A stretch of DNA of 64,000 bases from Adineta vaga (Eukaryota; Animalia; Rotifera): positions 12,524,001-12,588,000 of the forward strand of contig CP075496.1 in the NCBI GenBank assembly GCA_021613535.1. Reading direction: 5' to 3'. Under the pieces are notes generated by a model. The model worked only from the letters and a program-made list of their open reading frames with translations. It was not told the DNA's origin and made no database searches. Positions 17,134 through 31,437 of the stretch are shown piece after piece (the stretch's first letter is position 1; each line of letters starts with the position of its first letter). The position numbers were made by a program, and so were the translations under genes.

Positions 17134-18720
17134 ATGTCAACAGCACCTATCGATAGTGGTGGATCAGGTGGTGGAATCAATCGTATTCTCTCACGTTTGA
17201 CTACTGTCTATCATCCAAATACTTCTCTAGTTTCTGAAAATCGTGTAACGCCATCAACTACATCATCAACAATTCCAATTTCAACTCAAACATCATCACC
17301 AACGCCTCCAGAAGCTGCCGCCAGCACATGGATTAATAAATTTACTAGTCTCGATCGTTTATTCTCTGGTAGTTCACTTCATATATTATATCGTCTTATT
17401 GACATAACACTTTTATTAATTGGCTTAACATCTACTAAGCAGACATGTAAAGTATCGAATCGTTTAGCTATAACATCGATATGTTTATTAATATTTTATT
17501 TTATTGATTTATTAATAATTGCTCTTCTTTTCATACGTAATGTAACTCCTCGAAATTGTCGATTAACTGAAGAACAAAAATTAGAACAGTTACGAAGTGC
17601 TGCAAGTTTACGTGGATTTTTTGTATTTTTTAAACTTATACCTGTCTGTGTTGGCACAGGATATTCATTTTCATCAATCGCAGCTGAAAATTCTGATTGT
17701 GAATTAATGCGTTTTTGTCTTGGAATTGTTTGTTTTAGTACTTGGTTACTCATCCTTATTCCACCAACTAAACCTGAACTACCTGGTCGACGTTCATTTG
17801 TTGTCGAATGTTTTATTCTTGTCTTTGTTCTTACAATTAATTTAACATATATTGGAACAGTAACAACAGCAATGAAAGATATTGAATATTCATCTTGTAT
17901 ATATAACAATACGGAAGATTTATATTTAGGTTCACCATTAAAATCATATGCATATGTCGGATTGATTCTATTTGCTTGTACTACAGTTATACATATGATT
18001 AATTTAGCTATTAGTCAATTATGTCTTCGTTTAAATCGTGGAAGACAAATTTATATACATTATTATGCTTTACAATATGCGATGAATTATTTTGGTGCAA
18101 TAGCTGTGATTTATTATTTTTCTGTTGGAGCTTTATATTTATTTCAGCCACGTTCTGGTCAACCATGTCGAAAAGATGCACCAGAATTATATCGAATCTT
18201 ATTGATATGGGAATGGATTCGAATTTTATCACCCTTAATTGCTATTCCATTAATTTTTATATTGTGTTGTTTGGGAGTCTTTTTTGGTATTATTTTAAGT
18301 TATTGTTTACCAGCATCGATTACAGTTCCTTTACTTGAATCACTTCGAGTATGAAAGACAAGATTTCGTAAATATTTTCATAGGATTTATCTTGCAGGGA
18401 TGGATATCAGCAGCACCAATGGCAATTAATCCAAATCCTCCAGCAACACAAGAAAATATTGATGCCATACCTGTGATTTTATTTGGACAAGAATCTGATC
18501 AATTTAATCAAACTGATTGGTAAATATTCAACTACCTATTGAATGATTGATTCATTTTAGTTTTTCTAGTGCTATATGTCGGACAAATTTTGAAGCGAAT
18601 GAACAATTAAAAAAACTTAATTGTGGACATTTATTTCATTCTGAATGTGTGGCTAACTGGCTATTAATAACACGTATTTGTCCAATCTGTCGACAACGCA
18701 TGTCTACAGCAAATCCGTAA
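17134..18720 (+). CDS. Multi-pass transmembrane RING-H2 E3 ubiquitin ligase (plant/fungal-type), 3 exons
   Basis: About 8 hydrophobic segments in a 1.2 kb exon, DAPELYR motif, then ATQENIDAIP and CAIC..CGHLFHSECVANWL...CPICR RING-H2. Confidence 0.85.
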
Positions 18721-19310
18721 AATCTTCAATTACATAACTCATTTCATTCTCTACATATATTTGCTTTTTCTCGTTACGAAAACTAATTCTTCAATTAGTA
18801 CGAATTGGATTTTTCGAAATATTGTTAACATTCTTTTCTTATGTCTTATAATTCTGAAATCTCAAGAGAAAGAATTCTCTTATGATCTGTTATAAAGCTT
18901 TTTGTTTTCAGTAAATGTGCCTGTTTTCCATCATACATGTTGCGTAGCAACAATAGCAGCATTTGAAATGCATTTTTATCATATTTAACTGTGACTTATT
19001 TATTTAGTATGAAATTTTCAAACATACTTTGAAATATCCAAAGAAATATTTATTTTCTAATCAATATATAATTGCTATGTTGACGAGAAGAACTATTTAT
19101 TTACGTCTATTATAGATTCTTTTACTCACCAATATATTACTCATATTATTTCTTCGACCATCTTTTTTCTTCTTCTTCCTCCTTTTATAATGATACATAC
19201 AGACGAAGTTGGCAATAATAAATATTGGATGTCATATAGAAAAACAATTCGTTATTAACAAACGAACAGATGATAATCAATATATAGTAAGAAAAGAAAA
19301 AGAAAAAGAA

Positions 19311-19718
19311 ATGGGTTCGATGTTTTCAAAAGACAAAACGAAAAATGAAAACTATCCTGAATGTTTACCCAGAACAGCAGAGGTAAAATTGATAATAATT
19401 ATGAAGAATGCGAAATTTTGATTTTGTTGTTTTTTCCCTTAGGAACGATACAAAGCTCGACAAACAGCAGAAATCATTTATCCACCATTATCATCGATAC
19501 CAGATGAAAAACCAAAGCGTTCATTGAGACCTGATGGTCAGGCATTATATGAATCAATTCATATGGAATCTGAATCGAATATAAATCCCAGCAATATTTC
19601 TCATGATAAATATCAAGATAGATCGTCTTTTAGCAATTATTATAATCAATATAATGATGGTACTTTTGCAGTACTTTCGCAATCTCCAACGATGGGCAAG
19701 CATATCTTTCGTGTTTAA
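19311..19718 (+). CDS. Small uncharacterised protein with possible N-myristoylation (MGSMFS), 2 exons
   Basis: ATG 19311, intron ~19383-19442, open frame to TAA 19718, AATAAA just downstream. Confidence 0.55.
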
Positions 19719-20361
19719 CATATATTTTTTTAAATTTACTTTCGTTTACAAATAAAATATTAATTCCAATTGAATTCACAGATTTGTTTTCTTTCTTTTA
19801 AATCATACGACCTCGAAATCGATGATTGTTTCTTCAAAATCTTACATAAACTTAAATGTACTTTAATAAAGGAAATGAATACTTTATTCTGAAGAGAAAA
19901 CTTTCAACAATCGTTTCCATATATGTCATGATTTACTCTTTGATAAAAAAAGTCCTGAGTATAAACATTGGCATGATGTAAGAAAAATGATTCGCATTTT
20001 TTTTTGTTGCCAAAAAGATGACAGATGAATGCTCTCAAACTAATTAGGTTTTAGCTACATGATTCATTGTGCTGACTAATTTATTTTTCTATGGTTTTTT
20101 TGCTGTTGAGTTTACATTGAAATAAAATTAGAATGTCGTTTTTGCCGTACAGAAACAAATATTTAAATAAATATGTTAGGTTTATATATAATCAAATAAA
20201 GAAATACAGACGGATGTTAAAAAAAGACGTATTTCTGAGAACTTATTGAATCAATAAAATATTCATCATGTTTTGCTATTTTGTTTATTTTCTAATAAAA
20301 AGCTGATGGAAAACTAATTCAAATCGCTTGTTACTAAATTTTTATGCTGTAAAACTGATGT

Positions 20362-21438
20362 TTATTCATCGAATATTTTCTTATCACCAGGTGGATTGAA
20401 TTCTGGATTAACAAAACGTCGTCGATGTGTTTTACCTAATTCATCAATTTGACGCATTTCATTATCAGACAATGCAAAATCATAAACATGAGCATTCTCA
20501 GCTAATCTTTCTGGTGTAACTGTTTTCGGTATAACAACAAGACCTTGTTGAAGATGCCAACGAATAATAATTTGTGCACTTGTTTTATCTTTTGCTTTGG
20601 CAATTTCTTGAATAACTGGATTAAATAAAGCCGATGCATCTTCTCGTTCATTCTCTCGTTTTAAATTCGATAAAGGTGAATAACTTGTTACAACAATATC
20701 ATGTTTAGCACAATATTCACGCATTTCATGTTGATTAAAATATGGATGAAGTTCAATTTGATTGACAACTGGTTGAATACGAGCAACTTTGAGAATTTCA
20801 TCAATTTGAGATTGATTGAAATTTGAAACACCAATTGAACGAATTAATTTAGCATCAACTAATTTCTCCATGGCTTTCCATGTATCAGCAAATGTCACAT
20901 TCTCTGCATAGACACGTGTTTTTTCATTTTCTTTTTGTGACCAATGATTTTCAGAGATTCTCTTAAAAGCAACTGGCCAATGAATAAGATAAAGATCAAT
21001 ATAATCTAAACGAAGTTTTTCCAAACTATCACGTACAGCCCATTCAACATCTTCAGGTGCATGATGCTAAAATGAAACAATTTTTTCATGAAAAATAATT
21101 TCAAATCATCAACATTTACTTGATTCCATAATTTAGTTGTGATGAAAAGATCTTCACGTTTTATTTTGCCTTGACTTTGTTCGAGAGCTTCATGAATACC
21201 ATTACCAACTTCAGATTCATTTTGATAAATCCATGCTCCATCAAAGAGACGATAACCATGATTGAGAATAGCTTCTTTAACAATACTTTGCACTTTACCT
21301 GGTTCACTTCGCCATGTTCCCAGACCTATATTGATAAAATAAAGAAATCAAATCAAAGAATTTTAATCAATTCTTTTTACCAAGTCTTGGCATCAAATTC
21401 TTATCATGAAGAGTTACTCGTGATTCTAATGATAACAT
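20362..21438 (-). CDS. Aldo-keto reductase (AKR1-type), 3 exons
   Basis: MPRLGLGTW, GYRLFDGAWIYQNE, REDLFITTKLWN, LDYIDLYLIHWP, IGVSNFN, NQIELHPY, VIPKT. Confidence 0.93.
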
Positions 21439-21874
21439 TTTTTCAGTATGTGGAAACATTGTTGACATAGAAATAATCTGAAATATGAATAAATATAGTA
21501 AATATCATTCGAATTCCAATTATAATCGTACATTTGAATATTGTTTTACTGTGGTTTTTAACAGCGAAGAAATCTTTACGATAGTGTTTTTTGTTACAAA
21601 CATAGAATAAAACCGTCGTGTAAGAATGACAAAACAGACGAACGAAAAGAAAAAACAACAAATAATCTATGACGTCATGTAAACATATTAACCAATACTT
21701 GTAGACATTCGATAAGAATTAAGAATCGGATAATAAAGATTGTTGAGTTAAACAAAAAAAAGGGTGTGTCATTAGATGTAAACAACTATATATATTTTTT
21801 TCTTTTTCAAAGTATCTGATCGAAACAGAAGACATATTATACAATACATATATTCAATATAAGAAACAAAATCA

Positions 21875-22645
21875 TCACAAATCATCATATGAATCTGTAT
21901 CACTCGATGAAAAATTCGAATGATTTGTATCTTCATTAATTGATGAGAAAATGTCCGATGCAAATGATGTTGCATCATGTTTGGCTGGTCGTACAGCTGT
22001 TGTTACAGCTGTATAAGATAAAGATTTATCTTGTGGTACAGATGAATCTACTACTGTTGCTGATGTTATCGTTGAATTTGATTGAATTAACTGTTGTTGT
22101 TGTTGTTGACGTTGTAAGATTTGTTCACTTATACGACCAAGTAGTCCACGTCTCATATCGATATTTGTTGGATATGGTCGTCGAATATCACCTTGCTGCC
22201 AATTATCGGGTGCGACAGTTGAATAACATGATGCTAATTGATGTGCATAACGAATGATAGTTTCTGAAGGAAATGTTTTTGCCCGACGTATATTTGCTAA
22301 TTTTTCACGTGCTTGATACACTGCTGAGGAAAGGACTTGAACTGCTTGTAAAAGATATGTTTGTAAACAACGTAATGCTCGATCACATTTAAGAATTTCA
22401 TCACGTTTGATGTGTAGTTGTCGTTCAAGTTCTTGTTGTTGACGAACAATATGAATCTGTTGTGTTAAATGATTTTGTCGTTCAATAAACATATCAATCA
22501 ATGTTTGAGTATTGAGATTTGTATTTGTGGATGAAGCATTATATAATTGAGAGATTATTTCACGACAGATTGTATCCATTTCTTGTAAAAGTAAATCTAA
22601 TTTTCGACGTGTACCTAACTTGGGATTCTGTACGATTTCAGCCAT
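21875..22645 (-). CDS. MED4: Mediator of RNA polymerase II transcription subunit 4, single coding exon
   Basis: Coiled-coil N-half then IIRYAHQLA...APDNWQQGDIRRPYPTNIDMRRGLLG; acidic Ser/Asp C-terminus. Confidence 0.88.
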   Translation of the reverse strand: MAEIVQNPKLGTRRKLDLLLQEMDTICREIISQLYNASSTNTNLNTQTLIDMFIERQNHLTQQIHIVRQQQELERQLHIKRDEILKCDRALRCLQTYLLQAVQVLSSAVYQAREKLANIRRAKTFPSETIIRYAHQLASCYSTVAPDNWQQGDIRRPYPTNIDMRRGLLGRISEQILQRQQQQQQLIQSNSTITSATVVDSSVPQDKSLSYTAVTTAVRPAKHDATSFASDIFSSINEDTNHSNFSSSDTDSYDDL

Positions 22646-23070
22646 TTTAATTCTACAAAATGAAGTTGGTTCCTATTCAGTTCAGAGCAGAGCACTAGAG
22701 CGGATCTTAATTTTAATAATCGCGTTGTTTTGTTTTTGATAGATTGAAATATATCCAATAGAAACGAAAACAATTCATTACTGACCTCTATAATAAGTTT
22801 TTCTTTCTCGGTATTCAATGGATTCATTTGACAGACAGCAGCTGATTTTCTTCTTCTCGACCGTGTTTTTGTGGTGCAGAAAGGGCAAGCGATTGTCGCA
22901 TTCTCTGTTCTAACCCATTTACCCTCTTTTTCAGTCAATATAACATAACATATATACTTTAAATACTTTCGAATAAATCATCCAATTCGATTTCTTTTGT
23001 TATTTAGAATAGATGCAATTGTTATTCTCGTTCTTAAGAATATAAATTTTGAAGCGAAAAATCAATTTCA

Positions 23071-26000
23071 ATGGCACTGGGTCCTTCAGTACCAGCATCA
23101 TCTTTTATAGTTGTTTATAATCCATCTCAAGTAAGAAGTTAATTCATTGTTTTATTATTAAAAATTTCAATTAACAATTTAGTACATTACTACTATTACG
23201 AATGGTCAAAATGTGGAACGAATTGAAGCATTGAAACATCTATTCGATTGTTTAACACAATCAGATATTGATCTGGTATATAAAAACAAAAGGAAGGTTT
23301 TTCTTTCTCAAACTATTGACATTTATTTATTCTAGATAACCCTTGGAAGTATTTGGTTATGTGTTACAGGTTTATTAACCAATGAGGAACAACAAGGATC
23401 AATAAATATGGAAACACGTTCATGTGCATTGAAATGTGTATTAGAATTAATTAAAATTGAGGTAAGTTATTTAGAATATATGATTCGATAATCTTCGAAA
23501 TTTTGATAAATCATGAGAATTGTTATGTTTGGGTTTTGTATTTGAATGTTTACCGAATGATCTAACAAATCGATTTAATGGAGAGGATCCAAACCATTTA
23601 CTAAAAGTTTTCGTTGATTGTTTGGAATTATTTGTTTGAATTTTTGATGTTGATCGAAAACGAAGATTTGGTGTTGAATTCGATCGATTGCTTGTTTTCG
23701 TTGAAGGACGATTATGATGAATTATGTGTTGAATAATATTCTTTCGTGAATGATGAGAAGTATTGATGAAATTTACTTGTGATGATGGAGTTAATGAAAC
23801 ACTCTTTGGACGGAATGTATATGATTCATTACTGTCACTTGATTCCGTCTAAATATTTGAACGAAGAAAAAAAAACAGATCCTATTTTGGACAAGAGAAA
23901 CAATGCTAACCGTTGTATCATCATCTCTATGTCGATTTCTAATAATAATAACGAGATTTTTTCCAATGATGGTTTTATGATTTTCATGATGAAAAGTCTA
24001 AAAAAAAACAAATGGTAAATATCGAAATGATATTGATAAAAGATTGTTTTACCATATGATCGTTTTCATGTTCATTTTCTGGTAAATTAAAAACAGATGG
24101 AGATGATGCAAATGTAACTGATTTTTTTGATATACTTCTTCGTATATCAGATGTTTTGATAATTGATCGACGACGTGAATAAGTTTCTTGTTGTTGTTGT
24201 TTTTCGTCTATACCATCTCTATTGGTTTGTTTTTGTTGTTCTATAGTTTTATTTTTCAAAATAATTTTTCTTTGACATAAATTTAACAATGAAAGATGAA
24301 AGGATTTATTGAACTTTTCATTCTTATACAAATCATTTGTTTGCGATAGACGAGGAATAGATTCTAATGAACGTGATGTTCGTTTTTGTGAACTTAATTT
24401 CGAGTAGACCATTTACTTATTAATTAAATCATTTATATAACTAAAATAAAAACGAATTATTCGTATTTATGTTTCAATTCATACCTATTGACACTCGAAT
24501 ATTAGAAGAAAATAAAGATATTTCGTTGAATCATTTACCTTTATATTGTAAACATATAAATGACAAGTAATTTTATTTACGAACATGAGCTTTCTAGAAA
24601 AAAAGAAAGGTAGAAGCATCATTTATTTCTTCAGTTATGTTAATGAGTGATTCCTCTTCTTCTTCTTCTTCTTCTTTTTTTCTCTTTCAATTATCTACCT
24701 GGACTGCACGAAAATTGTTTTTTAGAACGTCATCGTCAACGTCATGTAAACAGCTGAAATTGACGATAAGAGGAAGAGAAAACAAACAAAATATTTCTAA
24801 TTATACATATTATATGCGACTAGATAGAAATTAAAACTAATGATAAAAGTGTGAAATATGTCGTTGTCATTGAAGGATTTAATCAGATTAGATTTGATTC
24901 ATTTTAGCAATTACAACGTCGATTTTTTAATCTTTGGCTTGCATTTGATTTTCTTGCACGTTACAAAATCGAGAATGAAAACGAAGCTGGATTATGGTAA
25001 ATAAATATCATAATGATTTTTTTTTTGTTTTCAATATAGATTTATTACCTTTAGGTTTGAATGTTTTTATTTATTAACTGATAATGGTCGACGAATCGAT
25101 CTTGTTGATGATCGTTTACGAGGTACAAGAAATAATTGCTAAGAAAATTACCAAGTCTATTTATTATTTAGTTCGTGTTTTGATTAAATTGATTCATGGA
25201 ATTTTAACAGGTCCATTAAGTCGACATAATCAAGCGAATATTGTATTAAAAGACTTATTAACAAATTTATGTCATTTACGATATGATGAAATATCGTTAA
25301 TTATGGAACATATATTTGAATATTTAAATCGTGATGATGATGATACATCGAATCCGAATAGGGCGTTATATCAACAATCAATTAAAGTAAATTTTATTAA
25401 TCTAATCGTATTCATTCGATTGATTTGTTTTATTTAGAAATCATTTGAATTTTTATGTTGGTTGATTGATCATCATACATTAAATACAGCAGTTTTACAT
25501 TATTTTATTGAAAATATTGTTGATTTACATGATAAATGTAGATTTTCAACTGCATTAAATACCGAATTATTACAGGTATGTTGATATATTATAACGACCG
25601 TCGAATGCTCTCTTCTTCTAATAACTAGAATAGTAAAATGTAATCTCGAGTGAATTCAAAATTCTAATAACAATAAAATAAATAATGAAATATCTCGAGT
25701 GAATTATTGTATTTTATTTAGCTTATTACAACTCATTTGGCAAAACCTCCAAGTTATAGTATATCTGTTATCACTGTTCTTTGTGGTATCATAGTTGAAA
25801 GGTAAATATCATCGATTTTTCTTTTCTTTACCAGCATTCTATGTTTGTAGATTAGAAACACCGATCAATAATGATAATGATCCATTATTAACTCTACTTT
25901 TTGTATTAACTAAAACATTAACTGATCTTCGTCCATATCGTTTCATTGATCAACATCATGTTCAATTATCGAATGCTGATATAACTCATCAGAAATGTTT

Positions 26001-29000
26001 TCTAAATACGATTCAACAATTACCAATATGTTGGTTAACTATTCTTCATCAAATATATGTTAAACGTCAAGATGTCAAGGCTGTTCTGATTAATTTTCGA
26101 CAATTTCTAGTCACATTAAATATCGAAACTGACACATGTGCTTTGAATCTATTCAATATGAATGTCTGGAAAATGATGGATGAAATTCTGAAAATTTGTT
26201 ATCAACATTTGATTGTATGAATATAATTTTCCTTCGTAATGAAATTGTCTCATTTACATTTCAGATCGAACAAAAAATGACAACAGAAACGAAAACAATG
26301 TATGAAGGATGTTTGATTATTTTCGAAGAGTTAGCAAATAAATTATGTTGTTTACCACATACAATGGTTGAACATTTATTTGATATTAAACGTTTAACAT
26401 CAATATCTGTATGATTTATATGGAATTTGAATTGATTTTATCTTTTTTCTTTAATGTTTTGTTAGAAAACAATACTTCGTGAACAAATGATTAAACAATC
26501 TTATACGAAATTATTGTGTGCAATTCGTCCAAATAATTCTGATTGGTCATCGGCTTTGAGAGATGTTATTGAATATATCATTTTGTAAGCGATAATTTGA
26601 TTTAAATACATTGTTCATGATTTATTTTTCTTCAATTGATAGAAATGCAAATGAAACAGTAACAACACGAATTGATGTTCTAACAACTGTTTTCGAAAAA
26701 TATTTATGGTTTAAAATGACTGATCAGGTAAAAAAACAATCGATATTTGATCATTTTTCTTTCATTTCTATTTGAATTAGATTACAACCATAGGTCAAAT
26801 TATTCTCGAAGCTTTTGAAAACTTAATTTATATTGATTTAAATTCATTAACAGAAGATGAATTTCTAAGTAAACATGCATTAATGAAACAAAATGCGGTG
26901 AAATCAATTTTTGAATATTTTCTATCCGATCATTCAATTGATTTCATACTAGCAGATCATTGTTATAAAATTCTTCAAACGGTATATGATTTGTCTTCGT
27001 TTTTCATCAGTATTTTATTTCTCTTTTCAATTTAGATATATGAACAAGATTGTGCACATATATCAACAATTCAATCAATTCATCGACCATTAATTGAAAT
27101 TATTCTCGAACAATTGTATCTACTTTTTGAACATAATCTCGCTTATACACGTTTAACATCATTTAATCATTGTTCATTTATATTGAATTTTTTTCTTAAA
27201 CAATATTCGTCAAACTATTCGAAAATACTTTCATGTATTCAAACAAAAATTCGTCTTCTTATTTGGCAATTATTCTTCAATATTCGTCTACGATCATCGG
27301 ATTTAGCAATTGGAATGATTTCATATAAAACAAATCTTATTCCCTATGGAATTTATCGGTAAGAATGAAATAGTAATTGAACTTCTTTTTTTCGAAAGAT
27401 GTTTTTGTTTAGATTAAATACAGAACATACAGTAACTGAAAATGGAAATTTACTTGATCTTCATGGTTATTTAACAAATATAATCGATTGGTTAAAACAA
27501 GTAGGATGATTTCATTGAATCGAATAAATGATTGGTTTTGTCTGTGTACTATAGGAACCACTCGAAGTGTTTAATTTAATCTTAGAATATTTATGTGGCT
27601 TTTTGAAAGAACAATCTCTAGTGAAATTAAGTGGTATTAATATTGAACAATTGGTTTTATTATTGATTGATAAGGTAATAAGAATGAATTATGGATTCAT
27701 GAATGAATGAATAATCTTTTGTTCGTATATTTCTAGTTTCATGATGATTTATTGAGTAATACATTTCAATCATCATCTTTCAATTGTCTTCTGATGTGTA
27801 CTTGTTACAAACATCAAATATCTGATTTAAATACCATCATTAATTGTTTCATAGAAGCAATGAATTCATCGAAATCTTCATTTATTATTATGTCTATTCG
27901 AGCATTTACTATTTCATTATCGAACCTTCCTGATGAAATGCAAGAATATATTCCACGAATTATTTTACAATTAACAAAAAAAATCCATCGTGACATTCAT
28001 ATTACACAAATAATATTAGAATTTTTAATGCGTAAGAAAAGTTGTTCTTTTTTATTTTCAATAGAAAATCAATTTTATTCGTATGAATTTCAGATCTTCT
28101 ATTCAGAAAATTTCATCATAGTAGTTCATTGACAGGTTATATTTTTCAAATCTTAATTGATATTATTAGTCAATATTCTTATCAAACAGCACATAATTTA
28201 ATCTTATCTCATACATTACTTTGTTTTTACTTTCAACAATTAGAAAGTTCAAAGCAATGTTTATTCGCTTATTTTATCCTTCGAGTAAGATAATTTGAAT
28301 ACATGTGGAGTATTTGTAGTTATTTACTGATTGAAAAATCTATCTTAATTTATAGTCATTACAACAAACAGGATCTTTACGTGATTGGGATCAAATGTCA
28401 ATTGAACGACCAACACGTTTACATCGTTCTGGTTCTTTATCATCTTTAAACGATGATATACATAATAATGATCCAGTAAAACGTAAAATGACTGTCTTAG
28501 ATACAACATCGATTTTATCTTCATCATCCAATAGTATTGAAGATAATAGTCCATTAAAAAAGCTCAATGATGATTTAATTCGCATACTAATCAATTATAT
28601 TAATGATCATGTATGTGAATGTTATCCTCCAAATTCAATTTTAGTTTTATTACCACGTGAAGTACGTCGTCATCATTTGAATACGAGTTGGTTAGCTGAT
28701 GAAAAAATTCTCTATCAAATTCAATCCTATGATTTCAAGCAATTGAATGAAGCCAAAGATTATCTTGTTAAATTAAATCATGATTCAGATGATACAATGA
28801 AAAATCGTCATAGAAGATATACAGATGGAAATAAACAAAAGACACGAAGAAAAAAAGATTTACAATTATTAACAACATGTCAAGATGATTTACATATTCA
28901 TTCGTTAGGTTTGTGAAATATTTGATTGAGAAAAATTTAGTAGTTTTTTGTTATTATGTAGAATCAGATACAAATCGATCAGTATTTAATGAAAGAAATT

Positions 29001-30955
29001 TATATATTGCTGTTACTGTTCGCTCATTTACGAGTACAAAGACGTTTTTGGCAATTAATCTATCTGCATCACTAGGTCTTGTACATTCAAACAATGAACA
29101 ATTACATTGGTTCGAAGGTAATAGATTTAGACTTTTTTTTTATAGAATGACGACACAGTCTTTCAATACATATGAGCTTAGTATTAGGGATATTCGTTTG
29201 AAGAATTGATAGAAACCTTGAAGAGAATGTACATTATTGAATTATTTATAGCAGTTCAAGTTGATGATAATGCAGTTTAATTTCAGTTAAAAATATTTTT
29301 ACTATTTCTTTTATATTTTCTTAGCAATCAAGTTAACTGATACAAGTACGGATAAACCAACATCAACTACGTCTATTCCGAACTATTGCTTGGAAGAACA
29401 GACAAATTATTCAATCAATGAATCAGTATTAAAAGATGAACTCAAATCAGTTATTCTTAATATTGAGTAAGGATCGAGAATAGAATTATTTGCAAGATTT
29501 CTTATTTATTACATTTCACTTCTGTTAAATGATCTTCGCATTCTCATATAACTATATTTTAGTCGAAAAGATGAAGAAAATATGTTAAATCGTCATAATG
29601 AATATTATTATCCTCGTACAGTTCATCGTGTACCATCCGTAAGATTAGTTTTTTTTTTAAGTAAAATCTCTTATTCAGATCTTTAATCATTTATATTTCA
29701 ATATAGGATGCTCGTAAATCAATTGACTCAATAGATAATGTTAAACCAGTTCGTATAGCTAAAATCGGTGTTATTTATATTCATTCTCGACAAGTGAGAT
29801 TTGAGAAATCATTTCTAATTGAATTGATACACATTTCTTTTGACATTCTTTTGTTAGAAAATAACTGAATCGAATATTTTATCAAATATTCAAACATCAG
29901 AACGATATAAAAATTTCATGTCATCAATAGCAACATTAAAATCTATTAAATATCTTGAAGATGAGAATTTCTATCGTCCATTATTAGATGGAAATAATGT
30001 CGACAATTGTGGTCATTATGCATATGTCTGGCAAAATTCAATCTATCAAGGTAAATAAATTGAATATGAAAAGAAGAATTGATTGTAATTTTCATTTTTT
30101 AGTATTATTTCATACATCAACATTATTACCAAATACACGAGCTGATCATGAATTTAAAAAGAAACTTATTGGTAATGATTATGTTATTATTGTTTACAAT
30201 GAAAGTGATTATTCATTTGATATGAAAACATTAAAAGTTAGTTTTGTTTTTAATATTTTCATATTAAAATAAATATTTTAGACTGGAGTATGTCAATATA
30301 TAATTGAAGTTTGTCCACAAATGAATTCGAATTACACACGTATTCGATTGATTAAACGAATGAATACGACTACAACACGTATGTTGAATTCTTTTGTTTA
30401 CAGAATCTTCTTTCCGTATCAGTCTGAGAACAACCACAAGGCGTATTTCTATGTTGTAACTTACTAATCCCTGAAAATCTCAATGACAGTTGCATTCTAT
30501 TTCGATATACTAACCTTCTCAAAGATGTTCTATATATACAAATTAGTTTCATCTGTCAAATCATTCATATTTTGAATGAATAATTCTAGAATAAAACCAT
30601 TTTACAACTGTTCTAAAGTCTAACGAAGGAGATCAAATTATTCATATCTGTTGTTTTTTTGTTTTTACTTTAAATGATCTTAAACATGTAATCTTTTCGT
30701 TTTAATATTTAACTAGACAATCCTTCTTCAATGGATTTAATGACATCAAATGACATTGATTATTTAATATCTGATGATCATGTTGCATCGTATGTTCGTA
30801 TATTAGCATTATGTTTATGTCAACAAGGTGAACTTGAAACTCGTCAACCTTCATCATCTCCATTAACTTTTGCAATATGTCCATGGCAAACTCGTTTACA
30901 ATCATTTCGATCATTACATACTCGTTGTTATCTTTCTTACCATAATCGACAATAG
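23071..30955 (+). CDS. TSC2: Tuberin (TSC2)-like Rap/Rheb-GAP protein, many exons
   Basis: Helical N-terminus (IWLCVTGLL...TRSCALK); C-terminal GAP KIGVIYI, ILSN..SERYKNFM, YAYVWQNSIYQVLFHTSTLLP, KKKLIGNDYVIIVYNES (Asn thumb), WQTRLQSFRSL tail; divergent. Confidence 0.75.
23471..24412 (-). CDS. Nested antisense gene in a TSC2 intron; basic Ser/Arg-rich uncharacterised protein, 3 exons
   Basis: MVYSKLSSQKR... ORF, two short introns (~23998-24052, ~23849-23910) and a last exon ending ...RRLSNHIF-stop at 23471-23473. Confidence 0.65.
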
Positions 30956-31437
30956 ATTAGGATTTGAGAAAATATATACACAAATGCCAGATTTCTTCCT
31001 TCACTTCTTCTACACAATCAACTTGTTTATTTGAAAAACATCATTTTTCTTTTGTTTTCTATTGCATACACATTCGAGCAATCCTTTTTCGTCTTCTTTC
31101 TCTAAACTTATATTCATTTACCATACTAGATTAAAACAGTCGTCTGTATTCGCCAGATTCATTTCTTCTTCTTCTTCTTTTGCTGCATGTTTTCTCATTT
31201 TTTTTCTCTTGTTATTATTTGTTTGTTGTTGTTGTTCTTCTTTTTTTCTTCTCTGTGTACTGTATTCGACATGTCGATACTCTAGGCGAATGATGATCAT
31301 GATAGGAATAAAATGAAAAGCGAGAAGGAGAACGGTGATGATTATTCATAGAAAATAATTTGATGAAAATGAAAAAAAACACACACAACGAACTTCTATT
31401 TAGATTATCTATAATCCAACATCTCTTTTTTTTCATT

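Noticed and set aside
17496-17909. 137-aa minus-strand ORF (and similar antisense ORFs at 43803-44312 and 59566-59914)
   Set aside because: Antisense to well-supported coding exons
30379-30716. Longer TSC2 intron with ANANNA and ACA motifs (H/ACA snoRNA?)
   Set aside because: Could not identify the two required hairpins; such motifs are common by chance
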